The position numbers and the translations under genes were made by a program. A stretch of DNA of 59,525 bases from a virus (Duplodnaviria > Caudoviricetes): positions 1-59,525 of the IMG/VR virus record IMGVR_UViG_3300044530_001484; one strand, written 5' to 3'. A model generated the notes under the pieces. The model was not told the origin of the DNA. It worked only from the letters and a program-made list of their open reading frames with translations, and did not search any database. Positions 1-9,784 of this stretch are shown one piece after another; position 1 is the first letter of the stretch; the number at the start of each line of letters is the position of its first letter.

Positions 1-510
1 GAAAGTGGAGTCACAATTGGTATAGGATACGATTTAGGTTATAATACATCATATCAATTTGCAGAAGATTGGAAAGGTATTCTTGATACTCAACCTTATA
101 TTCGTTTACTTCAGCATCTTGGAAAGAAATCAACCAACGCAAAAGCCGCTATTGCAAGCGTCAAAGATATTGAAATTTCATGGGAAGCGGCGGAAATTGT
201 TTTTAAAAAGAATACATTACCTCGCTTTATAAACGAAACAAAAAAAGCTTTTCCAGGCGTTGAAAAATTACACCCAGATGCGTTCGGTGCACTTGTTAGT
301 TTAGTATTCAATCGAGGAGGAAGTACAACTGGCCCGTCTCGTTTAGAAATGTTAAACATTAAGAAGGCTATTATAAGTGATCGTAATGATATCTATAATT
401 ATATTGCTGCTCAAATTATTGCTATGAAACGCTTATGGGTTAATAAAGGTTTAGATGGACTTTTAGTTAGAAGAAATGAAGAATCTGCTCTTGTAAAATC
501 TTGTATGTAA
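1..510 (+). CDS. Lysozyme/endolysin, pesticin/GH24-like (5' partial)
   Basis: Not in the ORF track because its start lies outside the window. Frame 1 reads ESGVTIGIGYDLG...ALVSLVFNRG...GLLVRRNEE to TAA at 508-510, typical of phage lysozyme motifs. Confidence 0.8.
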   Translation, partial: ESGVTIGIGYDLGYNTSYQFAEDWKGILDTQPYIRLLQHLGKKSTNAKAAIASVKDIEISWEAAEIVFKKNTLPRFINETKKAFPGVEKLHPDAFGALVSLVFNRGGSTTGPSRLEMLNIKKAIISDRNDIYNYIAAQIIAMKRLWVNKGLDGLLVRRNEESALVKSCM

Positions 511-512
511 TG

Positions 513-518
513 TAAATA
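513..518 (+). promoter_or_regulatory. T4-like late promoter motif TAAATA
   Basis: TAAATA 5 nt before ATG 524; the same geometry recurs about 20 times in the window. Confidence 0.6.
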
Positions 519-523
519 CTTGC

Positions 524-1759
524 ATGTCGAGTATATTCATACAGATAGCATCTTACAGAGACCCTGAACTTAAAAACACTCTACGAGATTGTTTAGCTAA
601 TGCTAAGTATCCTGAGAACTTAGTTTTTTGTATTTGCTGGCAGCATGACGAAACTGAAGATTTAGATGAGTATAAAGATGATTCTAGATTTAAGATTTTA
701 GATATACCTTACCAAGACAGTAAAGGTGCGTGTTGGGCTCGTAATATGATACAACAGCATTATAATAATGAGACATACACTCTTCAACTTGATAGTCATC
801 ATAAATTTATAAAAGATTGGGATCAAGAATTAATTGATATACTCGAAGACTTAAAAACTAAAGGTCATAAAAAACCATTACTTACAGGTTATATACCTAG
901 TTATGATCCTGATAATGATCCTAAAGGTCGTAGTAAAGAGCCTTGGTTAATGAATTTTGATAGATTCATACCAGAGGGTGCTGTCTTTTTCTTACCTGCT
1001 TCCATACCTCGAGAACACCGCACACAACCTGTTCCGGCTCGTTTTTATTCAGCTCATTTTTGTTTTACGGATGGTATATTTTGTAAAGAGGTTCCTCATG
1101 ATCCTGAATATTATTTTCATGGGGAGGAGATCTCTATTGCTGTAAGAGCATTTACATGGGGATACGATCTTTTTCATACACATAAAATTATAGCATGGCA
1201 CGAATATACAAGAAAAGGTAGAACAAAGCATTGGGATGATGATAAGAGCTGGGGTAAGAAAAACATTAGCTGTCATTTACGTAACCGTAAATTGTTTGAG
1301 ATGGATGGTGAGAAACGCGATATAGATTTCGGTATATATGGCTTTGGTAGTGTTCGTAGTTTACAGGATTACGAAAGGTATGCAGGTATTAGTTTTAAAA
1401 AGAGAGCTATACAGCAACATACACTGGATAATAAACTACCACCTAACCCACAGTATAGTACTGAAGAGGAGTATGAAGAATCCTTTCTAAGTATTTTTAA
1501 GCACTGTATAGATGTTGGATATGATAGAGTACCAGAAGAGGATTACGAGTTTTGGGTTGTTGCTTTTCACGATGCTAATGATAATACACTACATAGGCAA
1601 GATGTAGATAAAAAGCAAATACAAAGGTTAATGAATGATCCTGATAAATACTGTAAGATTTGGAGAGAGTTTCAAACTAAAGAGACACCTCATCATTGGG
1701 TTGTATGGCCATTCTCTACTTCTAAAGGTTGGTGTGAAAAAATAACAGGTAATTTATGA
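524..1759 (+). CDS. GlcNAc transferase, GT60 / Skp1-hydroxyproline GlcNAc-transferase-like
   Basis: Motifs IFIQIASYRDPEL, GACWAR, LQLDSH and YFHGEE are characteristic of the family. Confidence 0.8.
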   Translation: MSSIFIQIASYRDPELKNTLRDCLANAKYPENLVFCICWQHDETEDLDEYKDDSRFKILDIPYQDSKGACWARNMIQQHYNNETYTLQLDSHHKFIKDWDQELIDILEDLKTKGHKKPLLTGYIPSYDPDNDPKGRSKEPWLMNFDRFIPEGAVFFLPASIPREHRTQPVPARFYSAHFCFTDGIFCKEVPHDPEYYFHGEEISIAVRAFTWGYDLFHTHKIIAWHEYTRKGRTKHWDDDKSWGKKNISCHLRNRKLFEMDGEKRDIDFGIYGFGSVRSLQDYERYAGISFKKRAIQQHTLDNKLPPNPQYSTEEEYEESFLSIFKHCIDVGYDRVPEEDYEFWVVAFHDANDNTLHRQDVDKKQIQRLMNDPDKYCKIWREFQTKETPHHWVVWPFSTSKGWCEKITGNL

Positions 1760-2385
1760 GCTTAGAAAGTATTAAAAAATATTTTGAACCAAAATCTGTT
1801 TTAGATATTGGTTCGAATGTTGGTCAATTTTATAATGAAATTAAACTTATATTCCCAAACGCTTATTATTATTTAGTAGAGGCTAGTGAAAGTTGTGAAT
1901 TAGTATTGGAAACATTAAATGTTGACTATTCTATCTGTTTATTAAGTGATTATGAAAAAGAGGTTGATTTTTACATTAGAAAAAATGAACCAAGATGTAC
2001 AGGTAATTCAATATACCGTGAAAATACATCTTTTTATGATGATGACCAAATTCTTATAGAAAAAAGACAAACTAAAACTCTTTCTAATCTTTTAAACAAT
2101 CAAATATTTGATTTAATTAAAATTGATGTTCAGGGTTCTGAAATTGATATTATAAATGGTGGGTTAGATATTATTAAAGAAGCAAAAGGTATTTTAATGG
2201 AAGTATCTTTAATAGAATATAACCAAAACTCTCCCGCAAAAGATTTTGTTTATGAGTATATGGATAACTTGGGGTTTATCCCTGTTGAACTTATCGGAAA
2301 CATAAATCATCCTTTGACTTACGAATTAATTCAACAAGATATATTATTCTTAAATAAAAAATATGATAACACATTGGCAATATAA
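1756..2385 (+). CDS. FkbM-family SAM methyltransferase
   Basis: VLDIGSNVGQF and LIKIDVQGSE motifs. Confidence 0.85.
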   Translation: MSLESIKKYFEPKSVLDIGSNVGQFYNEIKLIFPNAYYYLVEASESCELVLETLNVDYSICLLSDYEKEVDFYIRKNEPRCTGNSIYRENTSFYDDDQILIEKRQTKTLSNLLNNQIFDLIKIDVQGSEIDIINGGLDIIKEAKGILMEVSLIEYNQNSPAKDFVYEYMDNLGFIPVELIGNINHPLTYELIQQDILFLNKKYDNTLAI

Positions 2386-3001
2386 TGATTCTGTTGGGAA
2401 CCTAACCAGTAATGTAAAAAAAATAATATCAGACAATAACTATAAAACAATTGATATCGGAGCTGCTTTAAACTTTTGGTCTTATCCGGAATGTAGATTT
2501 GTTGCTGACATTGTTAAAATAGAACAAGAAGGTGTTAAATTTTTTGATTTTAACATTCAAAATAAAAACACTTGGACTGAATTGTTAGACTACGTTGATA
2601 AACATGGTAAGTTTGATTATAGTATATGTTCACACACATTAGAAGATGTTATAACACCAACTGATTTATTAGAATTACTACCTAAAATATCTAGAAAGGG
2701 TTATATTGCAATTCCATCAAAATATAATGAATTTATGTTCTTATGGGGCAACAAATATAGAGGTAATGCCCACCATAAACAAATTATTGATGTTAAGGAT
2801 GATATGATTTGTATATACCCAAAATATCCATTTATTGAGGTTTTTGAAGATACTAATAAAGTTTTAGAAAATAATTTAGGTAATGAACTTGTTGTTTTTT
2901 GGGATAGCACAATACCGTATAAGTTTTTTGCTCAAGACTATATCTTCCGCTGTGATGGTGATTTAATCAGAGAATTTTATATACAACTATCAGGTAATTA
3001 A
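2363..3001 (+). CDS. Class I SAM methyltransferase-like protein
   Basis: IDIGA motif I and FDYSICSHTLED. Confidence 0.6.
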   Translation: MITHWQYNDSVGNLTSNVKKIISDNNYKTIDIGAALNFWSYPECRFVADIVKIEQEGVKFFDFNIQNKNTWTELLDYVDKHGKFDYSICSHTLEDVITPTDLLELLPKISRKGYIAIPSKYNEFMFLWGNKYRGNAHHKQIIDVKDDMICIYPKYPFIEVFEDTNKVLENNLGNELVVFWDSTIPYKFFAQDYIFRCDGDLIREFYIQLSGN

Positions 3002-3002
3002 T

Positions 3003-3707
3003 ATGGAAAATGTCGCTTTAATAACTTCTTTGTTTGATTATCCCGAATATTATAAACCGTCTTTTTATAAGAACGCTTTAAAATATTTTTCACCTGAAGA
3101 TATTCATGTTGTGAGAAACTCAGGGTTAATTACAAATGGTTCTTATTATGATAAATTGTTTTTTTACAAAACAGTAAAAGTCTTAGAATATATTGAATCT
3201 CATATTGTAGGGAAATACGACTATGTTTTATTTTTAGATGCTACAGATACCAATTTTATTAAATCACCAGAAGGAATAGTAGAAAACTTTAAATCTTTAA
3301 ATAGTAGTATTATTATGGGAGCGGAAAGGGGATTATGGCCTCCAACAAACTATACTCAGTTATACGAAAACAAACGAGCCATTAATGATAGTAAGTATTT
3401 AAATTCTGGTACTTATTTTGGGTACACAGATAAAATTGTAAACCACTTAAAAGATATTATTGAAAAAGAATATCAGACAGGTATTGATGACCAAGGTAGG
3501 TGGACTATTCAATATCTACTTAATGATGATATTATTATTGACCAAGAACGTGAATTCTTTTTTAGTACATTAGATACCAAAGATAGTGTTAAGATAGAAG
3601 GTAAGAACGTTACACTTTTAGGATTGGATGCTTGTATTATACACGACAACGGTCCTCATACTGAATATACAATTAAACTAACAAGCATTTTGAATGAAAC
3701 CAGTTAA
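3003..3707 (+). CDS. PLOD/procollagen glycosyltransferase-like domain protein
   Basis: VLFLDATD, MGAERGLWP, YLNSGTYFG, DDQ and IHDNG resemble the PLOD GT-A domain. Confidence 0.65.
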   Translation: MENVALITSLFDYPEYYKPSFYKNALKYFSPEDIHVVRNSGLITNGSYYDKLFFYKTVKVLEYIESHIVGKYDYVLFLDATDTNFIKSPEGIVENFKSLNSSIIMGAERGLWPPTNYTQLYENKRAINDSKYLNSGTYFGYTDKIVNHLKDIIEKEYQTGIDDQGRWTIQYLLNDDIIIDQEREFFFSTLDTKDSVKIEGKNVTLLGLDACIIHDNGPHTEYTIKLTSILNETS

Positions 3708-4443
3708 TATTGAAAGACAGGAGTATAAACCTTCGAGTTATGCGTTTTGTACAATAGCTATAGGTGAGGAATATCTACAAAGTGCGATAAATTTTGCAAA
3801 TAAATTAAATGAGTTTTCTGATGAACATCATTATGTTATTATTACAAAAGGAGATACACCAGCAATTCAAAATACAACTTTTGTTCAGATACCTATAAAT
3901 CAACCATTATTTATACAAAATATTTTCAATTATAATTTAAAATATTTACCAATCAAAATATCCTCTGAGTTAGGTTTTGAATATATTTTTTTTGTTGATT
4001 CTGACTGGAAATTAGAAAATGAGTTTTCAACAAAAAAAATAAACACAGTTATAAGTTTTATGGAAACTAATAATTATGATATGTTGTTTGAGAGACCGCA
4101 TTCAATAGGCGAAGGTAAGCATGATAAAAATAATTGTTTTTGGAAGCATAAAAGAGATTTCTATAAGCTATTGGAAACCGATGAATATGATAAAGGTCAC
4201 GTTGCAAATGAACAGTTTTTAGTTTTTAAAAATTCTGAAAAATTAAAAACATTTATTTCTTTTTGGGAGGAATTAACTTATAGTTCTACTGAATCAAACG
4301 TCTGGGCGTTTGCAGAGGGGGTGGAAATAGGTATGTCGTCAGCTAAGGCAAATTTAAATTGGTGTTATTATGGTTGGCAAGATATACTAAATAATTGCTT
4401 TAGTTTCGTTACTAAAGATGTTAAATATTATAAAAGATTTTAA
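3694..4443 (+). CDS. Putative GT-A glycosyltransferase
   Basis: TIAIGEEY start (GT6/GT8-like), FFVDSD DxD motif, and position in a GT cluster. Confidence 0.5.
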   Translation: MKPVNIERQEYKPSSYAFCTIAIGEEYLQSAINFANKLNEFSDEHHYVIITKGDTPAIQNTTFVQIPINQPLFIQNIFNYNLKYLPIKISSELGFEYIFFVDSDWKLENEFSTKKINTVISFMETNNYDMLFERPHSIGEGKHDKNNCFWKHKRDFYKLLETDEYDKGHVANEQFLVFKNSEKLKTFISFWEELTYSSTESNVWAFAEGVEIGMSSAKANLNWCYYGWQDILNNCFSFVTKDVKYYKRF

Positions 4444-4445
4444 AA

Positions 4446-5081
4446 ATGAATATTAAAGAAAATATTACTAGGTTAACAGACCTAAAAGAAAATGATAGTT
4501 TATCAAGTTACATGAATCACACCGCCCAACAATCTCATAATGCATACGAGGTATTTTATGAATTTTTAAAAGAAGTAAAACCAAATCAAATTTTGGAGAT
4601 TGGAACTGCTTTAGGAGGATTTACTAATTTTTTAAAACTGTGCATTGATGATTTAGGCTTATTAACTAAAATATTATCATATGATATATATGAAAGGCCC
4701 TGGTATAAAGATATGGTTAAGTCAGGTATTGATGTTAGAGTTGAGGATGTTTTTGATTTTGTAGCTCTAACGGTAAAACAAGAGGTTGTGGATTTTATTA
4801 AACAGGAGGGAATTACAATTGTGTTGTGTGATGGTGGGTGGAAGATTGGAGAATTTAAAATTCTTTCTGAACATATTAAACATGGAGATTTTATTTTAGC
4901 GCATGACTATGCTGAGAATAAACAAGTTTTTGAATCAAATATTATTGGTAAAATTTGGAATTGGCATGAAATACAAGATTCTGATATTAGAGAGGCGAGT
5001 GATAGAAATAATTTAGAAATTTATAAAAAAGAAACGTTTGAGAACGTTGCTTGGACATGTAGAGTAAAAAATAAGGTATGA
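4446..5081 (+). CDS. Class I SAM methyltransferase (CmcI/Methyltransf_24-like)
   Basis: ILEIGTALGG, LCDGG and AHDY motifs. Confidence 0.65.
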   Translation: MNIKENITRLTDLKENDSLSSYMNHTAQQSHNAYEVFYEFLKEVKPNQILEIGTALGGFTNFLKLCIDDLGLLTKILSYDIYERPWYKDMVKSGIDVRVEDVFDFVALTVKQEVVDFIKQEGITIVLCDGGWKIGEFKILSEHIKHGDFILAHDYAENKQVFESNIIGKIWNWHEIQDSDIREASDRNNLEIYKKETFENVAWTCRVKNKV

Positions 5082-6748
5082 ATAAAATAACACTTGTAAC
5101 AGGACTATGGGATATAGGTAGAGGTAATCTCGATGAGGGTTGGTCTCGTTCTTTTGAACACTACTTAGATAAATTTAAAGAGTTATTAAAGGTAGAGGAA
5201 AATTTAATTATATATGGTGATGAAGAGTTAAGAGTATTTGTTGAAGCGAATAGACCTGCTGATAAAACTCAATTTATATTGAGAGATTTGAGTTGGTTTA
5301 AGAATAATGAATACTTTAATACCATACAACGTATTAGAACTAATCCGGATTGGTATAATTTAGCTGGTTGGCTAAAAGATTCAACACAGGCAAAATTAGA
5401 GTTTTATAATCCTTTAGTTATGTCAAAAATGTTTTTATTAAATGACGCTAAATGTATGGACACGTTTGATTCAGAATATATGTTTTGGATTGATGCTGGT
5501 TTAGCTAATACTGTACATAGTGGCTATTTTACACATGATAAAGTATTTGATAAATTACCTAAATATATTTCTAAATTTTCTTTTGTATGTTTTCCTTACG
5601 AAGCAAATACAGAAGTTCATGGTTTTGAATACAATAAGCTAAATTCAATAGCGTGTGATAAAATTATAAGAGTAGCAAGAGGAGGGTTTTTTGGCGGACC
5701 TAAACACACAATATCAGATATAAACTCTCTTTATTATAATTTACTAATTAATACTCTTAATGATGGTTATATGGGTACTGAAGAGTCTTTATTTAGCATT
5801 TTATGTTATAAGCATTCAGACTTAATAAACTATTTTGATATAAAAGATAACGGATTTATTTCTACGTTTTTCGAAAATCTTAAAAATGATAAAGTAGAAG
5901 TTAAATCAGAGAGTAAAATTACAAAAATAAATAATTTAAATGTAAAACAAACATCTTTGTATGTATTAACATTTAATAGCCCTAAACAGTTTAGGAGATT
6001 GTTAGAATCTTTTAAGCAATATGATAAAAACTTCTTGGATCAACCACGTAAAATTTTATTAGACAATTCTACCGATAAAAAGACTTTGAAGGAATATAAA
6101 GCGTTATGTGCTGAGTATGGATTTGAACATATAAGAAAGAACAACCTCGGTATATGTGGTGGTAGACAATTTATTGCTGAACATTTTGATGAATCTGATT
6201 CAGATTATATGTTTTTCTTTGAGGATGATATGCTTTTTTATCTAGGTGAAGATGTTTGTAAAAATGGATTTAAAAGAATTGAAAACCAATTATATACTAA
6301 GTCTCTTGAAATAATAAACAAAGAGGATCTTGATTTCTTAAAATTAAACTTTAGTGAATTTTATGGTGATAACAGTACTCAATGGGCATGGTATAATGTA
6401 CCACAAACTTTAAGGGAGCAATACTGGCCCGAAAAAAGCAAGCTACCTGTATCGGGATTAGATCCTAATGCTCCTAAAACTAACTTTAATACTATTAAAT
6501 CCTATAAGAGATTACCGTACGCGTTAGGTGAAGTATATTATTGTAACTGGCCGCAAATTGTAAGTAAAGCAGGTAGTAAAAAAATGTTCTTGGATACTAA
6601 ATGGACTCGACCGTATGAGCAAACATGGATGTCACACATGTTTCAACTTACAATCAAGAAAGAATTAGCTAGTGGTGTATTGTTATTAACTCCAACAGAG
6701 CACGATAGGTTTGATTTCTATAGTGCAACAGAAAGAAAAGAAAGTTGA
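5078..6748 (+). CDS. HtrL/YibB-like domain fused to a GT2-like domain
   Basis: N-terminal ITLVTGLWDIGR...FWIDAG...GGFFGG...GTEE; C-terminal LYVLTFN...NLGICGGR...FFEDD. Confidence 0.65.
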   Translation: MNKITLVTGLWDIGRGNLDEGWSRSFEHYLDKFKELLKVEENLIIYGDEELRVFVEANRPADKTQFILRDLSWFKNNEYFNTIQRIRTNPDWYNLAGWLKDSTQAKLEFYNPLVMSKMFLLNDAKCMDTFDSEYMFWIDAGLANTVHSGYFTHDKVFDKLPKYISKFSFVCFPYEANTEVHGFEYNKLNSIACDKIIRVARGGFFGGPKHTISDINSLYYNLLINTLNDGYMGTEESLFSILCYKHSDLINYFDIKDNGFISTFFENLKNDKVEVKSESKITKINNLNVKQTSLYVLTFNSPKQFRRLLESFKQYDKNFLDQPRKILLDNSTDKKTLKEYKALCAEYGFEHIRKNNLGICGGRQFIAEHFDESDSDYMFFFEDDMLFYLGEDVCKNGFKRIENQLYTKSLEIINKEDLDFLKLNFSEFYGDNSTQWAWYNVPQTLREQYWPEKSKLPVSGLDPNAPKTNFNTIKSYKRLPYALGEVYYCNWPQIVSKAGSKKMFLDTKWTRPYEQTWMSHMFQLTIKKELASGVLLLTPTEHDRFDFYSATERKES

Positions 6749-6790
6749 GGTTTACTGTTGTAAAGTATTGCAGCGACGTTAAATAGTATT

Positions 6791-6997
6791 ATGCTAAAAA
6801 GATTATCAGAGAATGAAATACAATTATGTGGTAAAGGTAATTGCTGCCCTATTATTACAAAGGTAGACGAAGATACATACGAGGTTCTTGACGATTACGG
6901 TAATAAAATTAAAGTGAAGAAGAGCGAGCTGGAGCTCGTAGCAGACGCTGTACGAGCTCTTGATAAGCCGAAAGAGGAAACTTTAATCTGTGGTTGA
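6791..6997 (+). CDS. Hypothetical protein (CxxxxCCP)
   Basis: 68 aa ORF with TAAATA at 6780-6785, 5 nt upstream. Confidence 0.6.
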   Translation: MLKRLSENEIQLCGKGNCCPIITKVDEDTYEVLDDYGNKIKVKKSELELVADAVRALDKPKEETLICG

Positions 6998-7259
6998 TTT
7001 AGTACTACATACTATTTCATGTATCGGGCTATGTTTTATTCTAAAGTATGGCTCAATACTTTCTTATTTTAGAAATAAGCTCATTAAGAATGAGTATTTT
7101 AAAGAACTATTTTCTTGCTCACTCTGCTTAGGGTTTTGGGCAGGTATACTTACCGGTATACTAGGGCATTATAACCCTATCGTATTTGCTACTTATGGAG
7201 CTGCAGTGTGTTGGTATGCAGATCATATTCTAGATCTTATTATTTCGAAGTCTCAATAA
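6990..7259 (+). CDS. Small membrane protein, DUF1360-like
   Basis: Hydrophobic, with LFSCSLCLGFW motif. Confidence 0.5.
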   Translation: MVDLVLHTISCIGLCFILKYGSILSYFRNKLIKNEYFKELFSCSLCLGFWAGILTGILGHYNPIVFATYGAAVCWYADHILDLIISKSQ

Positions 7260-7590
7260 ATTGTAACAATTCGTGTAATTGTTCGCAAGCAAATCCCATC
7301 CCGCGATCTGCTGCATCTTGTAGTAGATCATTTAGTTTTTTCTTGAGTATACCAATAGGTATAATTCTCTCATCTTCTTCCTCAAATCTAGCTGTTGTTT
7401 GGTTCATGGAGTATGCAGTTCCCACATTACCGGGAACCGCTGTAGGTATTAATCCTTTCGTTCCGTAAGAATTTTTAGGTCCCCATACATCTTGTGAACC
7501 AGGTGAATAATTGTTATCAGCATATCGGTTATTTGTTAAATCGATTGCTTCGTATATTAATCCAATCTCATTAAACCCATATTTACTCAT
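7240..7590 (-). CDS. Hypothetical protein, possibly virion-associated
   Basis: 116 aa ORF; minus-strand TAAATA at 7597-7602. Confidence 0.6.
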   Translation of the reverse strand: MSKYGFNEIGLIYEAIDLTNNRYADNNYSPGSQDVWGPKNSYGTKGLIPTAVPGNVGTAYSMNQTTARFEEEDERIIPIGILKKKLNDLLQDAADRGMGFACEQLHELLQFIETSK

Positions 7591-7603
7591 TGTGTATATT
7601 TAG

Positions 7604-7632
7604 TTGATTAACGCTAATAATATAGATATAAT
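7604..7632 (+). promoter_or_regulatory. Sigma70-type promoter
   Basis: TTGATT-N17-TATAAT, 6 nt before ATG 7639. Confidence 0.65.
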
Positions 7633-7638
7633 TATCTT

Positions 7639-8079
7639 ATGCAGAAAAAAACGGTAAGTTATGAAAATATTGCTTTTATGGTAGATCAACTTGCTGAGCG
7701 CGTTAAAACTGATTACGATTATATTATTGGTATAGGTAGAGGTGGGCTCATACCAGCGACGATGTTGGGTTATAAGCTTAATAAGAAAGTATTAACGTTT
7801 GGAGTTAATACATATAATAATCAAGTTCAAGATGATAATTATATTGTATATCAACAGCCTAATTTTATTAAAACTAAATCTAAATATCTCGTTGTAGATG
7901 ATATATGTGATTCAGGAAATACATTTAGTATTTTTAAGAACTTATATAGTTATAATGAGGTTCATACATTTGAATATGCATCTCTTTTTGCTAAAGATAA
8001 ATCTTCACATATGGTTGACTATTACGGTTTTTCGGTTCCAGAAGGAATATGGTTAACGTTTCCGTGGGAGGACTCCTAA
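7639..8079 (+). CDS. Purine phosphoribosyltransferase (Gpt-like)
   Basis: IGRGG, PRPP-binding LVVDDICDSGNT, and C-terminal WLTFPWE. Confidence 0.85.
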   Translation: MQKKTVSYENIAFMVDQLAERVKTDYDYIIGIGRGGLIPATMLGYKLNKKVLTFGVNTYNNQVQDDNYIVYQQPNFIKTKSKYLVVDDICDSGNTFSIFKNLYSYNEVHTFEYASLFAKDKSSHMVDYYGFSVPEGIWLTFPWEDS

Positions 8080-8149
8080 TATACTTTCAATACTCTCTAT
8101 AACTACTTGTATATAAACTTGATACAGTAGTTTATATTTAATTAAAAGG

Positions 8150-8177
8150 TTGATTTACAGTGGAGGTGAGTTACAAT
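8150..8177 (+). promoter_or_regulatory. Sigma70-type promoter
   Basis: TTGATT-N16-TACAAT, 6 nt before ATG 8184. Confidence 0.5.
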
Positions 8178-8183
8178 AAGATT

Positions 8184-8543
8184 ATGTCCAGATCTGTGAC
8201 CTGTATAATTTCAGGTAAATCGTTCAATTTTGCTACAGCTTATTTTGCTAAGCGTGTAGAAGAATATACTGATGTAGAATCATTACAACGGTATTATGTT
8301 ACCAAAAAGGTAAAGTCGTTAATTATAAGAGGTTATAGTGCTCAAGAGATTCGAAACATTCTTAATGTAAACGATGATGACTTAGTAGGTGTTGATTCAC
8401 AAGAGATTAAAGATATTATAGTATATCACAGTCTAAGAAATGAGACAATTTCAAAGAAAAATAGTAGTAATTTTGCTACCCATAAATCTGATTCTGATGT
8501 ATCGGCATTCATAAATAATATAAAGGATTTAAATTATGACTAA
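8184..8543 (+). CDS. Hypothetical protein
   Basis: Track ORF 8160..8543; start moved to ATG 8184 on promoter geometry. Confidence 0.6.
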   Translation: MSRSVTCIISGKSFNFATAYFAKRVEEYTDVESLQRYYVTKKVKSLIIRGYSAQEIRNILNVNDDDLVGVDSQEIKDIIVYHSLRNETISKKNSSNFATHKSDSDVSAFINNIKDLNYD

Positions 8544-8763
8544 GAAATTTATAGCACAAACAGGTAGTAATAACACAATAAGAGTTTATAATGCAGACAC
8601 AGGTGCTCTTCATAGAATTTTTAGTGTAGATGGTAATATTGTGTCGCAGCCTGTAGTAATGGAGAGCGAGATGACTGTTACCGTTCAACAAGGTATTTTT
8701 AAGACAATTAAAATATATAATGTTAATAATGGCAGTCTTAAGAAAAATATTCCAATTCAATAA
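8536..8763 (+). CDS. Hypothetical beta-rich protein
   Basis: 75 aa ORF overlapping the upstream stop. Confidence 0.55.
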   Translation: MTKKFIAQTGSNNTIRVYNADTGALHRIFSVDGNIVSQPVVMESEMTVTVQQGIFKTIKIYNVNNGSLKKNIPIQ

Positions 8764-8798
8764 TAGCTATTTAACATTTTATAATTAAATATCTTACC

Positions 8799-9779
8799 AT
8801 GGGAAAAAGTATTTTTGACGAGCAAGTTAGTCGTAAACCAAATTTGTATCCATGGACTGATCAGTTCATTGAAGCAATGCATAATGGATTTTGGACAGAT
8901 AAAGAGTTTAACTTTAAGTCAGACGTTCAACAATTTAAAGTTGAATTGTCTGATCAAGAAAGAGAAATTGTAATACGTACTTTATCTGCTATCGGGCAGA
9001 TAGAAGTAGCTGTAAAGACGTTCTGGGCTAAGTTGGGTGAGAACCTACCACATCCAGCTTTATACGATCTTGGTATCGTTATGTCTAATACTGAAGTAAT
9101 TCATAACAATGCGTACGAGCGTTTGCTCAAGGTTCTCGAACTTGAAGATATTTTTGAAGAGAACCTTAAACTAGAATGGATACAAGGGAGAGTCAAGTAT
9201 CTTCGTAAGTATACACATAGGTTCTATAAGGACTCAAAGAAGCAATATCTATATGCATTAACATTGTTTACTTTGTTCGTAGAGAATGTTTCTCTGTTTT
9301 CTCAGTTCTATGTTATTAATCACTTTGCTCGATTTAAGAACGTTCTGAAGGATACTGATCAACAGGTTAAGTATACTCGTAATGAAGAGAATATTCACGC
9401 TCTGGTGGGTATTCAAATTATTAATACTATCCGTGAAGAGCACCCTGAACTCTTTGATGAAGAGCTGACAGAGCGTATTGTTACAGCTGCTCATGAAGCG
9501 TTTAAATCTGAAAGCAAGATTGTTGATTGGATGGTTAACGGTATTGATGTACCTGGCTTATCAGCACCTATTCTCAAAGAGTTTATCAAAAATCGTATTA
9601 ATGAATCTCTTATACAGATTGGATTGCCTAAGCCTTTTGAAGTAGATTCTACTATTCTAGAGTCTACAATGTGGTTCGAAGAGGAATTATTGGGCAATAA
9701 TATGACCGATTTTTTTCATAGTAGGCCCGTGGAATACTCTAAGAAGAGTCAATCATTCAGCGAAGACGATTTATTTTAA
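8799..9779 (+). CDS. nrdB: Ribonucleotide reductase beta subunit (class I, class Id signature)
   Basis: Ferritin-like ligands QIEVAVK, EVIHNNAY, VENVSLFSQF, EENIH; C-terminal DFF...VEY. Confidence 0.95.
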   Translation: MGKSIFDEQVSRKPNLYPWTDQFIEAMHNGFWTDKEFNFKSDVQQFKVELSDQEREIVIRTLSAIGQIEVAVKTFWAKLGENLPHPALYDLGIVMSNTEVIHNNAYERLLKVLELEDIFEENLKLEWIQGRVKYLRKYTHRFYKDSKKQYLYALTLFTLFVENVSLFSQFYVINHFARFKNVLKDTDQQVKYTRNEENIHALVGIQIINTIREEHPELFDEELTERIVTAAHEAFKSESKIVDWMVNGIDVPGLSAPILKEFIKNRINESLIQIGLPKPFEVDSTILESTMWFEEELLGNNMTDFFHSRPVEYSKKSQSFSEDDLF

Positions 9780-9784
9780 TTTAT

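Noticed and set aside
111-359. Minus-strand 82-aa ORF
   Set aside because: It is antisense to the lysozyme frame, which has recognisable motifs.
8101-8132. Imperfect inverted repeat aactacttgtat...atacagtagtt
   Set aside because: AT-rich and bulged with no clear U-tract; too weak to call a terminator or ncRNA.
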